From positions 768,001-832,000 of the forward strand of contig CAXXYE010000009.1 in the NCBI GenBank assembly GCA_963674865.2: a stretch of DNA of 64,000 nt. Direction: 5' to 3'. The first letter of the stretch is position 1. Every line of letters begins with the position of its first letter. The DNA comes from Candidatus Hydrogenedentota bacterium. Its GTDB lineage: Bacteria > Hydrogenedentota > Hydrogenedentia > Hydrogenedentales > SLHB01. The translations under genes were made by a program, and so were the position numbers. This document shows positions 9,915-19,914 of this stretch, one piece after another. The notes below the pieces were generated by a model. It ran no database searches and had not been told where the DNA came from. It worked only from the letters and a program-made list of their open reading frames with translations.

Positions 9915-10877
9915 ATGTCGGGCGTGGAGGATCGCTTCGTGATTGAAGTGCGAGGTCTCACCAAGGCCTACGGCCCGATCGTTGCCATTCGCGATGTCTC
10001 CTTCGAGGTCGAGGAGGGTGAGATCATCGGCTTTCTGGGGCCCAACGCCGCCGGGAAGACGACCACGATGCGTATACTTACGGGCTTCTCGCCTCCTTCG
10101 CGGGGCGTGGCGCGTATCGCCGGATTTGACGTCCGGCGCGATCCCATTGAGGTGAAGCGCCGCGTCGGCTACCTGCCCGAGAGCGTACCTCTCTACCCGG
10201 AAATGTTGGTGGCGAAGTTCCTGCACTATGTGGCGGCGGTTCGGGGCATTCCACGGCGCGAGCGTAGCCGGGAAGTCGACTGCGTCATCGAACGTTGCGG
10301 GCTCGAGTCTATGCGCCGCCGCGTCATCCGTAATCTTTCCAAAGGCTACCGGCAGCGCGTTGGATTGGCCCAGGCCCTTGTCGGGAACCCGCCTGTACTG
10401 ATTCTGGATGAGCCGACGGTGGGACTCGATCCGAAGCAGATCATCGAGATTCGCGACATGATCCGCAGTTTGGCTAAGGAACACACCGTTCTTCTAAGCA
10501 CGCACATTCTGCCCGAGGTGACGATGGTGTGCGAGCGGGTGATCATCATCCACCGGGGCCGGATTGTCGCCCAGGATAGCGTGAGTCGCCTTGCACAGGA
10601 GGCGGAGAACGAAGTGCAGATCGAGGTCCTGGCGGGCGGCACGCCCGACGAGGTGCTTCGTGTGCTGCGCGCGGTGCCGGATGTTGTTGGCGTGAGCGCG
10701 CAAGGTGCGGAGGCGTATATCGTCAAGGCGTCGGCCGGCCGGCCGGTGGCTGAGCGCGCGGCAAGCGCTCTCGTGGGGGCGGGACTGGCCGTTCGCGGAA
10801 TCCAGGAGAAGGCCCGCAGCCTCGAGGAGGTGTTCATGGAAGTAGTCACGTCCGATGACGAGCGAGGGCCGTCATGA
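9915..10877 (+). CDS. ABC transporter ATP-binding protein (GldA-like)
   Basis: GPNAAGKTT, LSKGYRQRVGLAQAL, LILDEPTVGLDPKQI, STHIL. Confidence 0.93.
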   Translation: MSGVEDRFVIEVRGLTKAYGPIVAIRDVSFEVEEGEIIGFLGPNAAGKTTTMRILTGFSPPSRGVARIAGFDVRRDPIEVKRRVGYLPESVPLYPEMLVAKFLHYVAAVRGIPRRERSREVDCVIERCGLESMRRRVIRNLSKGYRQRVGLAQALVGNPPVLILDEPTVGLDPKQIIEIRDMIRSLAKEHTVLLSTHILPEVTMVCERVIIIHRGRIVAQDSVSRLAQEAENEVQIEVLAGGTPDEVLRVLRAVPDVVGVSAQGAEAYIVKASAGRPVAERAASALVGAGLAVRGIQEKARSLEEVFMEVVTSDDERGPS

Positions 10878-11704
10878 GAAACACCTGGGCCATCTGCAAG
10901 CGCGAGTTCGCGGCGTTTTTCCTTACGCCGACGGGCTATGTTGTTGTGGGGACCTACGCCTTGATATCGGGCCTCGGATTTACGGCATCCTTTATCATGC
11001 ATTGTCGAAGGACGCAGGCGCCCGGACTTCACGGCTTCACGGGTGTGCCGGATTTTGAGGAGATGTTCCTCAGTCCCTACCTCGTGTTCTGCGGGCTTCT
11101 TGTGATGTTCATTGGACCTCTCGTGACCATGCGTCTCTTGGCGGGAGAACGGGAACGCGGCACGATGGAGCTCCTGCTGACGCACCCGGTTCGGGATCGG
11201 GAAATCGTGTTCGGCAAGTACGGGGCCGCGCTGGGCATGCTGCTGGTTCTGATGGGCGTCGTTGGGATTCACCTCCTCGTGGTCGCGCACTTCGTGGACG
11301 TTGAGCCCGCCGTGCTGGCTTTCGGCCTGCTCGCGGCGTTTCTCATGGGTGCGGCCTTCATGAGTATGGGTCTGTTCATCTCGGCCATGGCGCGGAGTCA
11401 GGCTACCGCGGGGACGCTGACGTTTGGGCTCTGGTTCGTCTTCTATATCCTGGGAACCTTCGCTGAGCGCATCCCCGGACAGATTTCGGTGCCGGAGCAG
11501 TGGCCGGCCATGGCCCGGGAGGCCGCGAGTCTCGTCTATGCCTTTCTGCACGGCCTCGTCGTGGAATTGCCCCTGGACGCCCACGCGCAGGACATGGCTC
11601 AAGGTATCGTTGAGCCCGCCGACATTGCCTATTACGTGCTGTTCTCGGGTGTGTTCGTCTTCTTGACTTTCCGGGCGCTCGAGAGCCGGAAGTGGAGGGC
11701 CTAG
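10874..11704 (+). CDS. ABC-2 permease (GldF-like)
   Basis: REF..FF.TP.GY and TMRLLAGERERGTMELLLTHPV motifs; multiple TM helices. Confidence 0.9.
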   Translation: MRNTWAICKREFAAFFLTPTGYVVVGTYALISGLGFTASFIMHCRRTQAPGLHGFTGVPDFEEMFLSPYLVFCGLLVMFIGPLVTMRLLAGERERGTMELLLTHPVRDREIVFGKYGAALGMLLVLMGVVGIHLLVVAHFVDVEPAVLAFGLLAAFLMGAAFMSMGLFISAMARSQATAGTLTFGLWFVFYILGTFAERIPGQISVPEQWPAMAREAASLVYAFLHGLVVELPLDAHAQDMAQGIVEPADIAYYVLFSGVFVFLTFRALESRKWRA

Positions 11705-11707
11705 AAG

Positions 11708-13384
11708 TTGAAGTCGCTCAGGCGCGCTAGCGGAATTCTGGCCGTTGTCCTTGTTGCCGCCGCCTTGAACGTGCTCGCACTGAAGGAAGATCCCTTCGCG
11801 CCGGCCGTCTTCTTGCCGCTTGCCGCGGGCCTCTTGGCGTGCCTAGCCTGGGTTGTCCTGACTCTTGTCGACCATCTGCGCGGGCTTGAGCACGACGTTG
11901 CTATAGTTCGTCTCAATGCGGTCGCAGCGTCCGTGCTCTTCTTTCTCATATGTGTCGTGGCCTATGCGCTTGTGAAGCGCTGGGATCGCTCATGGGACCT
12001 CACGCTCGAAGGGCGGCGGGAATTGGCCAAACAGACGGTGCAAGTGCTCGAGAGCCTCGATCAGGATGTTGACGTCATTGTGTTCTTTGTGGACACGGGT
12101 GACAGCCGGATTGATCTGGCCCGCGATAAGACGCGTCGGTTTCTTGAGCGGTGCCGGCAGCATACGAGCCATCTGCGCGTAGAGGAACTCGATCCTCAAT
12201 TCCATCCTGAACGCATCAAGGCCCTGGGGTTAACTCGGGTCGGCGTCGAGGGAACCGTCGTGGTCCAGTGCGGCGCGCGCCCGCCGAAGGTCCTACCCAT
12301 CTCCGACGTGACGGCCCGCCTCGAGGAGCGGGATTTCGTAAACGCTCTTATTAATGTGGTCCGCGACGCGAAGCCGACGATATGCTTTCTGACGGGCCAT
12401 GGGGAGCGCGACGTCCTGAACACGGACCAGAAGGATGGGGCATCCCTCTTCGCTGAGTATCTTGCCAAGGAGGGATATGAGACGACGCGCATCGCGATTC
12501 CTCTCTCCGATCCCAAGGTGCCTGAGGACTGCGACGTGCTCGTGATCTACGGCCCGCGTAGCGATTTCGATCCTGCCGAGATTCAGGCCATCGATGATTA
12601 CCTCGGCCAAGGAGGCCGGGTGTTGCTGATGCAGGATCCGTGGATCCTCACAGATCCCGCCCAAGAGGCCCGTCTCAATCTGCCCAATTGGCTCAAGAAA
12701 CGCTTTGGTATTGTGGTCGGCTACGATGCGGTCGTCTCAGAGGTCCGCCAGCAGGTGATTGCCGAATTGCTCCCCGACGTTGGATTGGCGGAGGAATACG
12801 GCGAGTACGCCGCGCCCGACGCGGATTTTCGCGGGTCGTACAACCAGTCCCACCCGATCACGCGAGGGTTTGATCAGCGCATGGTCCTCAAGGATGCGTG
12901 TACGGTGCGGCTGGCCAGTCCGCTCCCGGACGATGTCGTTGGGACGGAACTTCTCCATTCCCTTCCCGACACCTGGGCCGAGAAGGACCTCGTTCTCCTT
13001 AGCAAAGGACAGGCGCACTACGACGAGGGGGAGGCGCAAGGGCCGTTGAGCCTGGCCGTGGCGGCGGCCCTCGATACGGGTGTTCCCGTTGTCGAGGGTG
13101 GGCGTGCCCGCGAAGGGCGTATCGTGGTGGTGGGCGACACGGACCTCGCATCGAACGGGGTGATCGAGATCACGGGCCATCACAATTTCCTCATGAACGT
13201 CATCGCCTGGCTTTGCGAGTACGAGGAACTCATCGCTATCCGGCCGACGGGCACTACCGATCCGCCCATCGTATTGTCCAAGGGAGAGGAGCAGGCCGTC
13301 GCATGGATTGCGGCCCTCGGCGTGGTCCAAGTGGTCGTGGCCGCGGGCCTCATCGTCTATGCGCTGCGAGGGCGGCATCAATGA
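11708..13384 (+). CDS. GldG-family ABC-associated periplasmic component
   Basis: N-terminal TMs, WDLT, FLTGHGE, VLVIYGP.SDF, HPITRG, GRIVVVGD, N.I.WL motifs; C-terminal TM. Confidence 0.88.
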   Translation: MKSLRRASGILAVVLVAAALNVLALKEDPFAPAVFLPLAAGLLACLAWVVLTLVDHLRGLEHDVAIVRLNAVAASVLFFLICVVAYALVKRWDRSWDLTLEGRRELAKQTVQVLESLDQDVDVIVFFVDTGDSRIDLARDKTRRFLERCRQHTSHLRVEELDPQFHPERIKALGLTRVGVEGTVVVQCGARPPKVLPISDVTARLEERDFVNALINVVRDAKPTICFLTGHGERDVLNTDQKDGASLFAEYLAKEGYETTRIAIPLSDPKVPEDCDVLVIYGPRSDFDPAEIQAIDDYLGQGGRVLLMQDPWILTDPAQEARLNLPNWLKKRFGIVVGYDAVVSEVRQQVIAELLPDVGLAEEYGEYAAPDADFRGSYNQSHPITRGFDQRMVLKDACTVRLASPLPDDVVGTELLHSLPDTWAEKDLVLLSKGQAHYDEGEAQGPLSLAVAAALDTGVPVVEGGRAREGRIVVVGDTDLASNGVIEITGHHNFLMNVIAWLCEYEELIAIRPTGTTDPPIVLSKGEEQAVAWIAALGVVQVVVAAGLIVYALRGRHQ

Positions 13385-15231
13385 GGCCAAGAGGTACGCT
13401 GACACTTCTGGCGATCCTGGCCCTTCTGTGCGGTGCCTATGCCTGGTTGTCTTCCTCGCAGAAGCGAACGGAGCAGGCCGAACAAGAGGCGAAGCGACTC
13501 TTTTCTTTCGACGCCGAGGACGTCAAACAGATCCGCATCCAACGCCGGGGTGAGCCCGCTATGGCCGCGGCGCGGCGTGAAGAGGGGGGATGGCGGATCA
13601 CGGATCCCGACGCGGCTATCCTGGCCAACAGTGTGGTTTGGGAACGGGCGGCGGGAGCTTTGGCGCACCTGTCGGCGGCGCGCAGCGTCGAGGTCGGGCC
13701 GGATGATTTGGCCAAGTATGGCCTTGAGTCTCCCATACTCACCGTTGAGGGCTTAACCGAGAAGGGGGAAGAGGTCCGCGTGATCTTCGGCGACATCGAG
13801 CCGACGCGGACTTACTGCTATGCTCGCGCAAGCGATAGCACCGTTTTCTTGGCGTCCTATGAGGACTTCTTTGAGCTTAACCGTTCCCCACTTGTATTGC
13901 GCGACCGCGGCTTGATCAATCTGGGAGAAGACGGCATTTCTCGCGTGGAGATTGCCTACTACTGGCAGTCTCGGGCAGAAGCGGATGACGCAGCGTCCGA
14001 CGGGCAATCACAGCCTGGCGTAGGCGAGGAGTCCATCCCCTTTGTGCTCGCGAAGGAGAGCGACGGCCGCTGGTACGTGGCAGAGCCGTTTCATGCTCTC
14101 GCGGTTCAGGAGAAGGCGGACGCGCTTGTCCGGAAACTTGAGTCGGCCCAGGGGCGAGGCTATATCGACGCCCCGCAATCTCTCGATGTGTATGGACTGG
14201 ATCCGCCGCGCGCGCGCGCTACGGTTACGGTGGCGGGCGGGGCCCCTCAGACGGTGTATCTGGGTATTCTCACGGATGAGGAGGAGAAGGATAGTGCGGT
14301 GTACATTCGCCGGGCCGACGCGCCCGCTGTGTTCCTGGTGGATAGCGGGCTTGTCGCGCTGTTTCCGAATGCTCCCGGCGATTTCCGTGAGAAGCGGCTT
14401 CTGACACACGGTTCAGAGGAAATAACCGGCATCCGCTATGTCGATGACGATCTGGATATTCGTATGGCGCGCGGCGAGGGCGGCACATGGCGGATAACCT
14501 ATCCCGTCGAAGTCGAGGCGGACGCATACGTCATCGAGGGGTACATCGACATCGTGAACTCACTTGCGGCAGAGGACTTCCTTGACGAGATCCGGCCGGA
14601 GTTCGGCTTCGACCACCCTCGCTTGAGCATCACATTCACGTTCGCCGACGAAGCAGAGTCCGCCACCATTCGTGTCGGCGCCCTCAATCTGGAGAAAGAG
14701 TCCTACTACGTTCAACAGGACACGGGTGTGCCGTGCCTCGTCTTCACGAGCAGGCTTGTGCCTCTGCAGCGCACCTTGTTCCAGTTCCGCTCCAAGGAGC
14801 GGCTCTCCTTCGTGATGTCTGAGGCCGTTCGCCTGGAGCTGCGGTTCGAGGGCACGGAATACGTTTTCGAGCAGGATGAAGGAGAATGGCGCGTTACGGC
14901 TCCGGCCGGTAAACGCCTCGAGACGCAGAGCGATGCTGCTGCTTTGGTGGGGGCCCTTGCTCACGTGAAGGCCGTAGCCGACGAGGGGGAAGCGTCCGAC
15001 CTGGCCGCGTATGGGCTTGACGATCCGTTGCTTCGTGTTACGGTAATGACGCGCCCTCGGGGTCGGGGCGCCGAGGAAGTAGAAGGGCCGCTTATTGTGG
15101 GCGCCCCTGCGCCGGATAAGTCGCGGCAGCGTTTCGCGATGATGCAGGGGGCGGGCGAGGTCTTCCGGGTCGATCAGGGCCTTATCGATCTGGCGCGTAG
15201 CACACTGCGCGGCGTGGTGGACGCTTCCTGA
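13381..15231 (+). CDS. DUF4340 repeat protein (three units), membrane anchored
   Basis: ATGA overlap; signal anchor; three W.I/V..P...A...L..L.A...YGLD.P units; usual position after gldG-like genes. Confidence 0.8.
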   Translation: MRPRGTLTLLAILALLCGAYAWLSSSQKRTEQAEQEAKRLFSFDAEDVKQIRIQRRGEPAMAAARREEGGWRITDPDAAILANSVVWERAAGALAHLSAARSVEVGPDDLAKYGLESPILTVEGLTEKGEEVRVIFGDIEPTRTYCYARASDSTVFLASYEDFFELNRSPLVLRDRGLINLGEDGISRVEIAYYWQSRAEADDAASDGQSQPGVGEESIPFVLAKESDGRWYVAEPFHALAVQEKADALVRKLESAQGRGYIDAPQSLDVYGLDPPRARATVTVAGGAPQTVYLGILTDEEEKDSAVYIRRADAPAVFLVDSGLVALFPNAPGDFREKRLLTHGSEEITGIRYVDDDLDIRMARGEGGTWRITYPVEVEADAYVIEGYIDIVNSLAAEDFLDEIRPEFGFDHPRLSITFTFADEAESATIRVGALNLEKESYYVQQDTGVPCLVFTSRLVPLQRTLFQFRSKERLSFVMSEAVRLELRFEGTEYVFEQDEGEWRVTAPAGKRLETQSDAAALVGALAHVKAVADEGEASDLAAYGLDDPLLRVTVMTRPRGRGAEEVEGPLIVGAPAPDKSRQRFAMMQGAGEVFRVDQGLIDLARSTLRGVVDAS

Positions 15232-15245
15232 CGACGGCTGTGTCC

Positions 15246-16574
15246 TTACAATTTCACCGGCCCGAAGACAGGGGCCCCGAAAAGATCATCACGGAGGTCC
15301 GTCGCCGGGCTCAGGCCCTTGCCGTACCACAGCTTCGCGCCTTTGCGCGCCCCCGTTTCCAGTGTGAGTCTAACGGACTCTCCGTCGGCCCGGGACGATG
15401 TAATGGCGATGCGCCGGCCGTCGGGCTGCTCGACGAAGAATCCGCGCGCGCCTTGGGCAGGCCTCAGCCGGCCTCGCACGTTCTTGAACGTGACGCGTAC
15501 CACCGTCCGCTCTTTTCCCACGCACCGAACCGTGTCCGGGCACAGGGCCATGGGGGCCTTCTTGCCGTACGCCAGAACGAGCGCCAATTCGGCGAGCCGG
15601 GCGCCCATGCGTCGCTGCGATAACGCGTCCAGATGGATGATGTCGGATAAGCCGCAATCGATGGCGGCGGCCGTCGCGACGTTCTTTATCTCGGAGGCGA
15701 TCTCGAGTTGGCGTTGCTGCACGCCATTCCAATGGGCGATGGGGAACTGGGCGTCAGTCGAGAACACCCGGGAGAGCTGCACTTGAATAAAGGGCATTTC
15801 GGGCGAATCGAATTCCTTTCGGCAAGCCTGGATGAATCGCTTCAGTCGGCCCTTGAACTTGCCGGTTGCTTTGTTAAGCGCATCGGATTCGCCCTGGTAC
15901 CAGAGCATTCCCTTGACTCGGCCACCGCAAGCCTGTACGCGGCGCGCCATCGAGCCGAAGAGCGAGCGTCCGCTGAGCTTCTTCTTGGCCGGATCCCACT
16001 GCTCCATGCTCGTGCCGCCATGTGAACACATAATCAGGCCCACCGGCACACCGGTTGCCTTGAGGATCTCTTTCCCGAACCGTACGCCGAGGCCCGCGCC
16101 GTGTTCGCGGAAGCGGTGGTCTTCCTCGCGGGCTTCTTGGAGATCCTTCTCCTCGCACCGCCAGTGAACCGGGTCCATCGAGTCGACGAGTACGCATAGG
16201 GGGTCTTTGGCGATTCCCCACGTCTCATCGTAGTAGAAGCAATGGACCTTGCTCGAAGGGGGCTCGAGATCCACCAGCTTTCCGGAGCCATCCATGTTCG
16301 ACTGGCCCGCGAGTATCCACAGATCGCCCACCAGAAGGCCCTTTGCGGCCAGCCGTCGTCCGGCAGGCCCTTCAACTTCGAGCGTGTACGGGCCGCCCGT
16401 GGGGACATTCTCGATCGCGCCATCAGATTGGCGCCAGGGCTTGATCACCTTCGCTCCCTGCCGCACGCGCGCGCGCACAGGGGCCTGTGTCTGGAAAGTC
16501 AGTGTCGCACGGTTTCGTCCGTCGCGTTGATATACACGGTTGTCCTGCGGCAGATACACCTCGAAGTCACCCAT
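15246..16574 (-). CDS. Sialate O-acetylesterase (SASA/SGNH) family esterase
   Basis: WILAGQSNM, WYQGESD, DxxH (DIIHL); AGGAG SD before ATG 16574. Confidence 0.88.
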   Translation of the reverse strand: MGDFEVYLPQDNRVYQRDGRNRATLTFQTQAPVRARVRQGAKVIKPWRQSDGAIENVPTGGPYTLEVEGPAGRRLAAKGLLVGDLWILAGQSNMDGSGKLVDLEPPSSKVHCFYYDETWGIAKDPLCVLVDSMDPVHWRCEEKDLQEAREEDHRFREHGAGLGVRFGKEILKATGVPVGLIMCSHGGTSMEQWDPAKKKLSGRSLFGSMARRVQACGGRVKGMLWYQGESDALNKATGKFKGRLKRFIQACRKEFDSPEMPFIQVQLSRVFSTDAQFPIAHWNGVQQRQLEIASEIKNVATAAAIDCGLSDIIHLDALSQRRMGARLAELALVLAYGKKAPMALCPDTVRCVGKERTVVRVTFKNVRGRLRPAQGARGFFVEQPDGRRIAITSSRADGESVRLTLETGARKGAKLWYGKGLSPATDLRDDLFGAPVFGPVKL

Positions 16575-16756
16575 GATCGCGCTCCTATTCTGCACGGCTT
16601 CGGCCATAGCGTAGCGGCCCTGTTCCAACGCCTGAGGCGGGGAGCATAACACAGCGTCGTCAGCTGCTGCACCGATGACGGGCCAGCTTGAACAGGGCCG
16701 ACGCTTGGCTTATCGTACGTCGGACCGCAGTCTTGGAAAACGCTTGGAGAGGTGTC

Positions 16757-17770
16757 GTGACTTCGCGAGAGATTGTCCGCAGAACGTTGGATTTCGAGGG
16801 GCCGGAGCGCGTCGCGCGCTCGTTCGCTGATGAGGACTTTGCCCATTGCCATCACAATGCGCAGACGTATGCGACGGAATGGCGTCAGGTTGGGTCGAGC
16901 CGCTGGGAACACGTGGACGCGTGGGGCAATACGTGGGCCCGGGTCGATCCGACGTCGAAAGGGGAGGTGGCCAAGGGCGTTCTTGAGACGCTCGATGATG
17001 CGGAACGCTACGAACTTCCCCGGCTCGACGAGCCGAGTGCTTACGCCCATATCAAGGAGATTCGTGACGAACATCCGGACATGTGGCTCATCGGCAGCCT
17101 GCCGGGATTCGCGTTCAACATCGCCCGGAAACTTCGGCGGCTGGATCAGTATCTGTTGGATATCCTGATCGATTCGGAGCGGATTCACGCCCTGCACAGC
17201 CGTATCGACGCGTTGTTGGGAGGGATGATACGCAGCTATGCCGACGGAGGCGTGGACGCGGTGATGTTCTGCGAGGACTGGGGCTCGCAGAGCCAGCTCA
17301 TGATCGATCCGGCGCTTTGGCGTGAGGAGTTTTTCCCGCGGTATGCCAAATTGTGTGGTGTCGCGCACGGCTGCGGCGTGCGTGTCTTCATGCACTCCTG
17401 CGGCCAAATAGAGGCCATTGTCCCCTGGCTGATGGAAGCGGGGATCGATCTCCTTCAATTCGATCAGCCGGAGCTTCATGGGCTTGACACGCTGGCCGCC
17501 CACCATGAACGCGGCAAGATCACTTTCTGGTGTCCCGTCGACATCCAGAAGACGCTGCAAACGCGCGATGAAGGGCGTATTCGCGAGCGGGCGCGGGAAA
17601 TGCTGGACAAGTTGTGGCGGGGCCGGGGCGGGTTCGTCGCGGGCTACTACGGCGACAACGCATCCATCGGCCTGGATCCTAGATGGCAGGCGTACGCCTG
17701 CGAGGAGTTTCTCCGCTGTGGCGTGAGCGAGCGATACACGGCGGATGCCGAGCGTCCGGACAGGGGATAG
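16757..17770 (+). CDS. Uroporphyrinogen decarboxylase/methyltransferase (URO-D/CIMS-like) family protein
   Basis: TSRE.V..TL.F..PERV, D.WG, EDWGSQ, MHSCGQI, DIQKTL. Confidence 0.85.
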   Translation: MTSREIVRRTLDFEGPERVARSFADEDFAHCHHNAQTYATEWRQVGSSRWEHVDAWGNTWARVDPTSKGEVAKGVLETLDDAERYELPRLDEPSAYAHIKEIRDEHPDMWLIGSLPGFAFNIARKLRRLDQYLLDILIDSERIHALHSRIDALLGGMIRSYADGGVDAVMFCEDWGSQSQLMIDPALWREEFFPRYAKLCGVAHGCGVRVFMHSCGQIEAIVPWLMEAGIDLLQFDQPELHGLDTLAAHHERGKITFWCPVDIQKTLQTRDEGRIRERAREMLDKLWRGRGGFVAGYYGDNASIGLDPRWQAYACEEFLRCGVSERYTADAERPDRG

Positions 17771-17778
17771 GAGGGATT

Positions 17779-18297
17779 ATGCAGACGAGTACCGCTTACG
17801 GCGACGCGATTGTGCGGAAGTATCCGGAGCAGGTGGTTATCGCTATCGCCAAGGACGCCGATGGGAAGTGCAATCCCATCACGCTGGGCTGGTCGATGAT
17901 CACATCCCACGAGCCGCCGATGATGGCTATCTCCGTTGGACTGGCGCGGTATTCTCTTGAGGCGATCCGGCATGCGGGCGAGTTCGTGCTCGCGTTTCCT
18001 TGCGCCGAGATGGCCGACGACGCCTTGTTCTACGGCACCAACTCGGGCCGGGCCGTGGACAAACTCGCCGAGCGCCACGCCAAGACGCAGCCTGCTGCCA
18101 AGATCGATGGCGTGCTGCTTACGGATGCCGTGGCCAATTTCGAGTGCACCGTCGAATCGGAACTGGTTACGGGGGATCACGCGATTTTCGTCGGGAAGGT
18201 GGCTGCGGCACACGTGAATGATGATCGCTCGCTGCGCCGCCTCTACGTGCTGGGCCCGGGCTACGATATGGGGCCTGTGAGTCCCGTGCTCAGGTGA
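17779..18297 (+). CDS. Flavin reductase-like (DIM6/NTAB) family protein
   Basis: NPITLGW, S.EPP, GEFV, SGR..DK, FEC.V, GDH..F.G.V. Confidence 0.88.
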   Translation: MQTSTAYGDAIVRKYPEQVVIAIAKDADGKCNPITLGWSMITSHEPPMMAISVGLARYSLEAIRHAGEFVLAFPCAEMADDALFYGTNSGRAVDKLAERHAKTQPAAKIDGVLLTDAVANFECTVESELVTGDHAIFVGKVAAAHVNDDRSLRRLYVLGPGYDMGPVSPVLR

Positions 18298-18312
18298 CGC
18301 GGCGGGCGGCCG

Positions 18313-19710
18313 TTATCCCATGAAGAGTCCTTCCGGGAGATAGCAGGCCCGCTTCAGAATCACTTCCGGAATGCCGCCGTAGGCGACGTGGCAAGCGGCT
18401 GTGAACTCGTGGCCCTTCGTCTCGGGGAAGGGCAGGGCCACGCAGAGGGGAATTCCCGCCGCGCGAATGGCAATCGTTCCCGATTCACTGTCCTCAAAAC
18501 CGATCACCTTGTCGAAATCGCTTGGCGCGATGCCCATCCGGTGCAGGGCCAAAGAGTAGAGGTCGCGGTGCGGCTTCAGCCGAATCTCGCTCGAGTCCGA
18601 GGCGGTGATAAACGCGTCATAGTAGTCGCGGTAGTCGCCGAACTTTTTCAAGATGAGTCGCTTCTTCTCGTCTGGAATCGCCCAGCCTTCCGCTTCGCGC
18701 AAGAGCACGCGGAACACCTCGGTTAACACGATGTTTGCCTCGTAACGGATGGATGACGTGACGATGGCTACGCGGGCGGGATGGTTCTCGAAGTAGGTTC
18801 CCAAGGCCGCGAGCCGCGTCCCGGCAGCCTGGGCGTCATGCTCCGGCGACTCGCCCAACTCGGCCAGATAGTCGTTGAGTTCTTCGACGCAGAAGGCGGC
18901 GTGCTCTCCCAACCATCCCTTGATCAGTGCCAGGAAGACGCCGATCCCTTTCATCGGACAGATGAGGCGCTCGTCCGCGTTGCCGAAGACTTCCGTGGCG
19001 ACGGCATCCCCCTGCCCGGTGTCGATGCGTCCGAGGATGTAGTGATATCGCTGGTAGTAGATGTCGATGGCCGCCCGGACAACGTCCGACAAGGTGTCCA
19101 GATTGAGGCTGGGGCCATATCGCTCGGCCAGTTTCCGAACGGCCGTGCGCGCAGTGGACGTGTCCAGCGACTCCTCGTGTTGGAGGCCTGAGAAGTTCCC
19201 GTCGCGCAGGATGTCGCCGATGCCGAGGGCGGCGAGATTGCTTGTGACTTCCTGCTTTCGCCCTTCGTCCGCCGCCTTCGCGAGCGTCCAAAGCGCCGCG
19301 TATAGGAAGAAGAAGCGCAGGTCCTCATCCACGATCTCCTCCCGATACGTGCGGATAAGGTACTCGACGTGTTTCGTCGTGCTGTTCCCGATGATGTGGG
19401 GATAGTCCCGCTCGCGGTTCAGGCCGGCCCAAGACGGGTCGTCCTCATGTCCGGTGATCCGGCGGATCATGGTTTCGAGGGAGTGCAGGCACAGCGGCTC
19501 GGTGGTGGTGGTTGTGCCGTCCATGTCCATCACCGCTCCGCACATGCCGCCGTCCAGCGCGGCCCGCTTGGCTGGCAGGGGATATGCCTCATAGGGCGGG
19601 TATACGTAACTCGGATTCTCCACAATGGCGAATTCGCCGCCGAGTTGGGCTATGAGTCCGGCCGCTGTCTCAGCGTCGGCGAACTTGGGAAGTTTTCTGT
19701 CGGAAGTCAT
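18313..19710 (-). CDS. HAD-superfamily phosphatase/phosphomutase with large insertions
   Basis: Motif I DMDGT, motif II IVTSS, motif III KPHRD, motif IV FEDSESG. Confidence 0.8.
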   Translation of the reverse strand: MTSDRKLPKFADAETAAGLIAQLGGEFAIVENPSYVYPPYEAYPLPAKRAALDGGMCGAVMDMDGTTTTTEPLCLHSLETMIRRITGHEDDPSWAGLNRERDYPHIIGNSTTKHVEYLIRTYREEIVDEDLRFFFLYAALWTLAKAADEGRKQEVTSNLAALGIGDILRDGNFSGLQHEESLDTSTARTAVRKLAERYGPSLNLDTLSDVVRAAIDIYYQRYHYILGRIDTGQGDAVATEVFGNADERLICPMKGIGVFLALIKGWLGEHAAFCVEELNDYLAELGESPEHDAQAAGTRLAALGTYFENHPARVAIVTSSIRYEANIVLTEVFRVLLREAEGWAIPDEKKRLILKKFGDYRDYYDAFITASDSSEIRLKPHRDLYSLALHRMGIAPSDFDKVIGFEDSESGTIAIRAAGIPLCVALPFPETKGHEFTAACHVAYGGIPEVILKRACYLPEGLFMG

Positions 19711-19914
19711 CTTGACGCGCAACTCCTGAAGTGATCGACCCGGTTTGGACGGCGATTATATCCGAGCCTTAACGGAGTATGGTAGACTCCGTCCCGAACC
19801 GGAGCCGGGGAGGCGTTGCCGTGACACAGGCGCCGCATTCTCTACGCGGCGGGCCGTGGTTCCGGAGACCTCTCCCCCATGGGCTCAATCACGCCGGTAG
19901 GGAGTGGACGCCCC

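Noticed and set aside
9222..9942. ORF-track ORFs 9222-9461, 9310-9504, 9436-9702 and 9718-9942
   Set aside because: No SD or motifs; the region is better explained by the 59-aa minus-strand gene, its promoters and the structured RNA.
9915..15231. GldA/F/G-like genes as evidence of gliding motility
   Set aside because: This ABC + DUF4340 module is widespread in non-gliding bacteria, and no other gld/spr genes are in the window.
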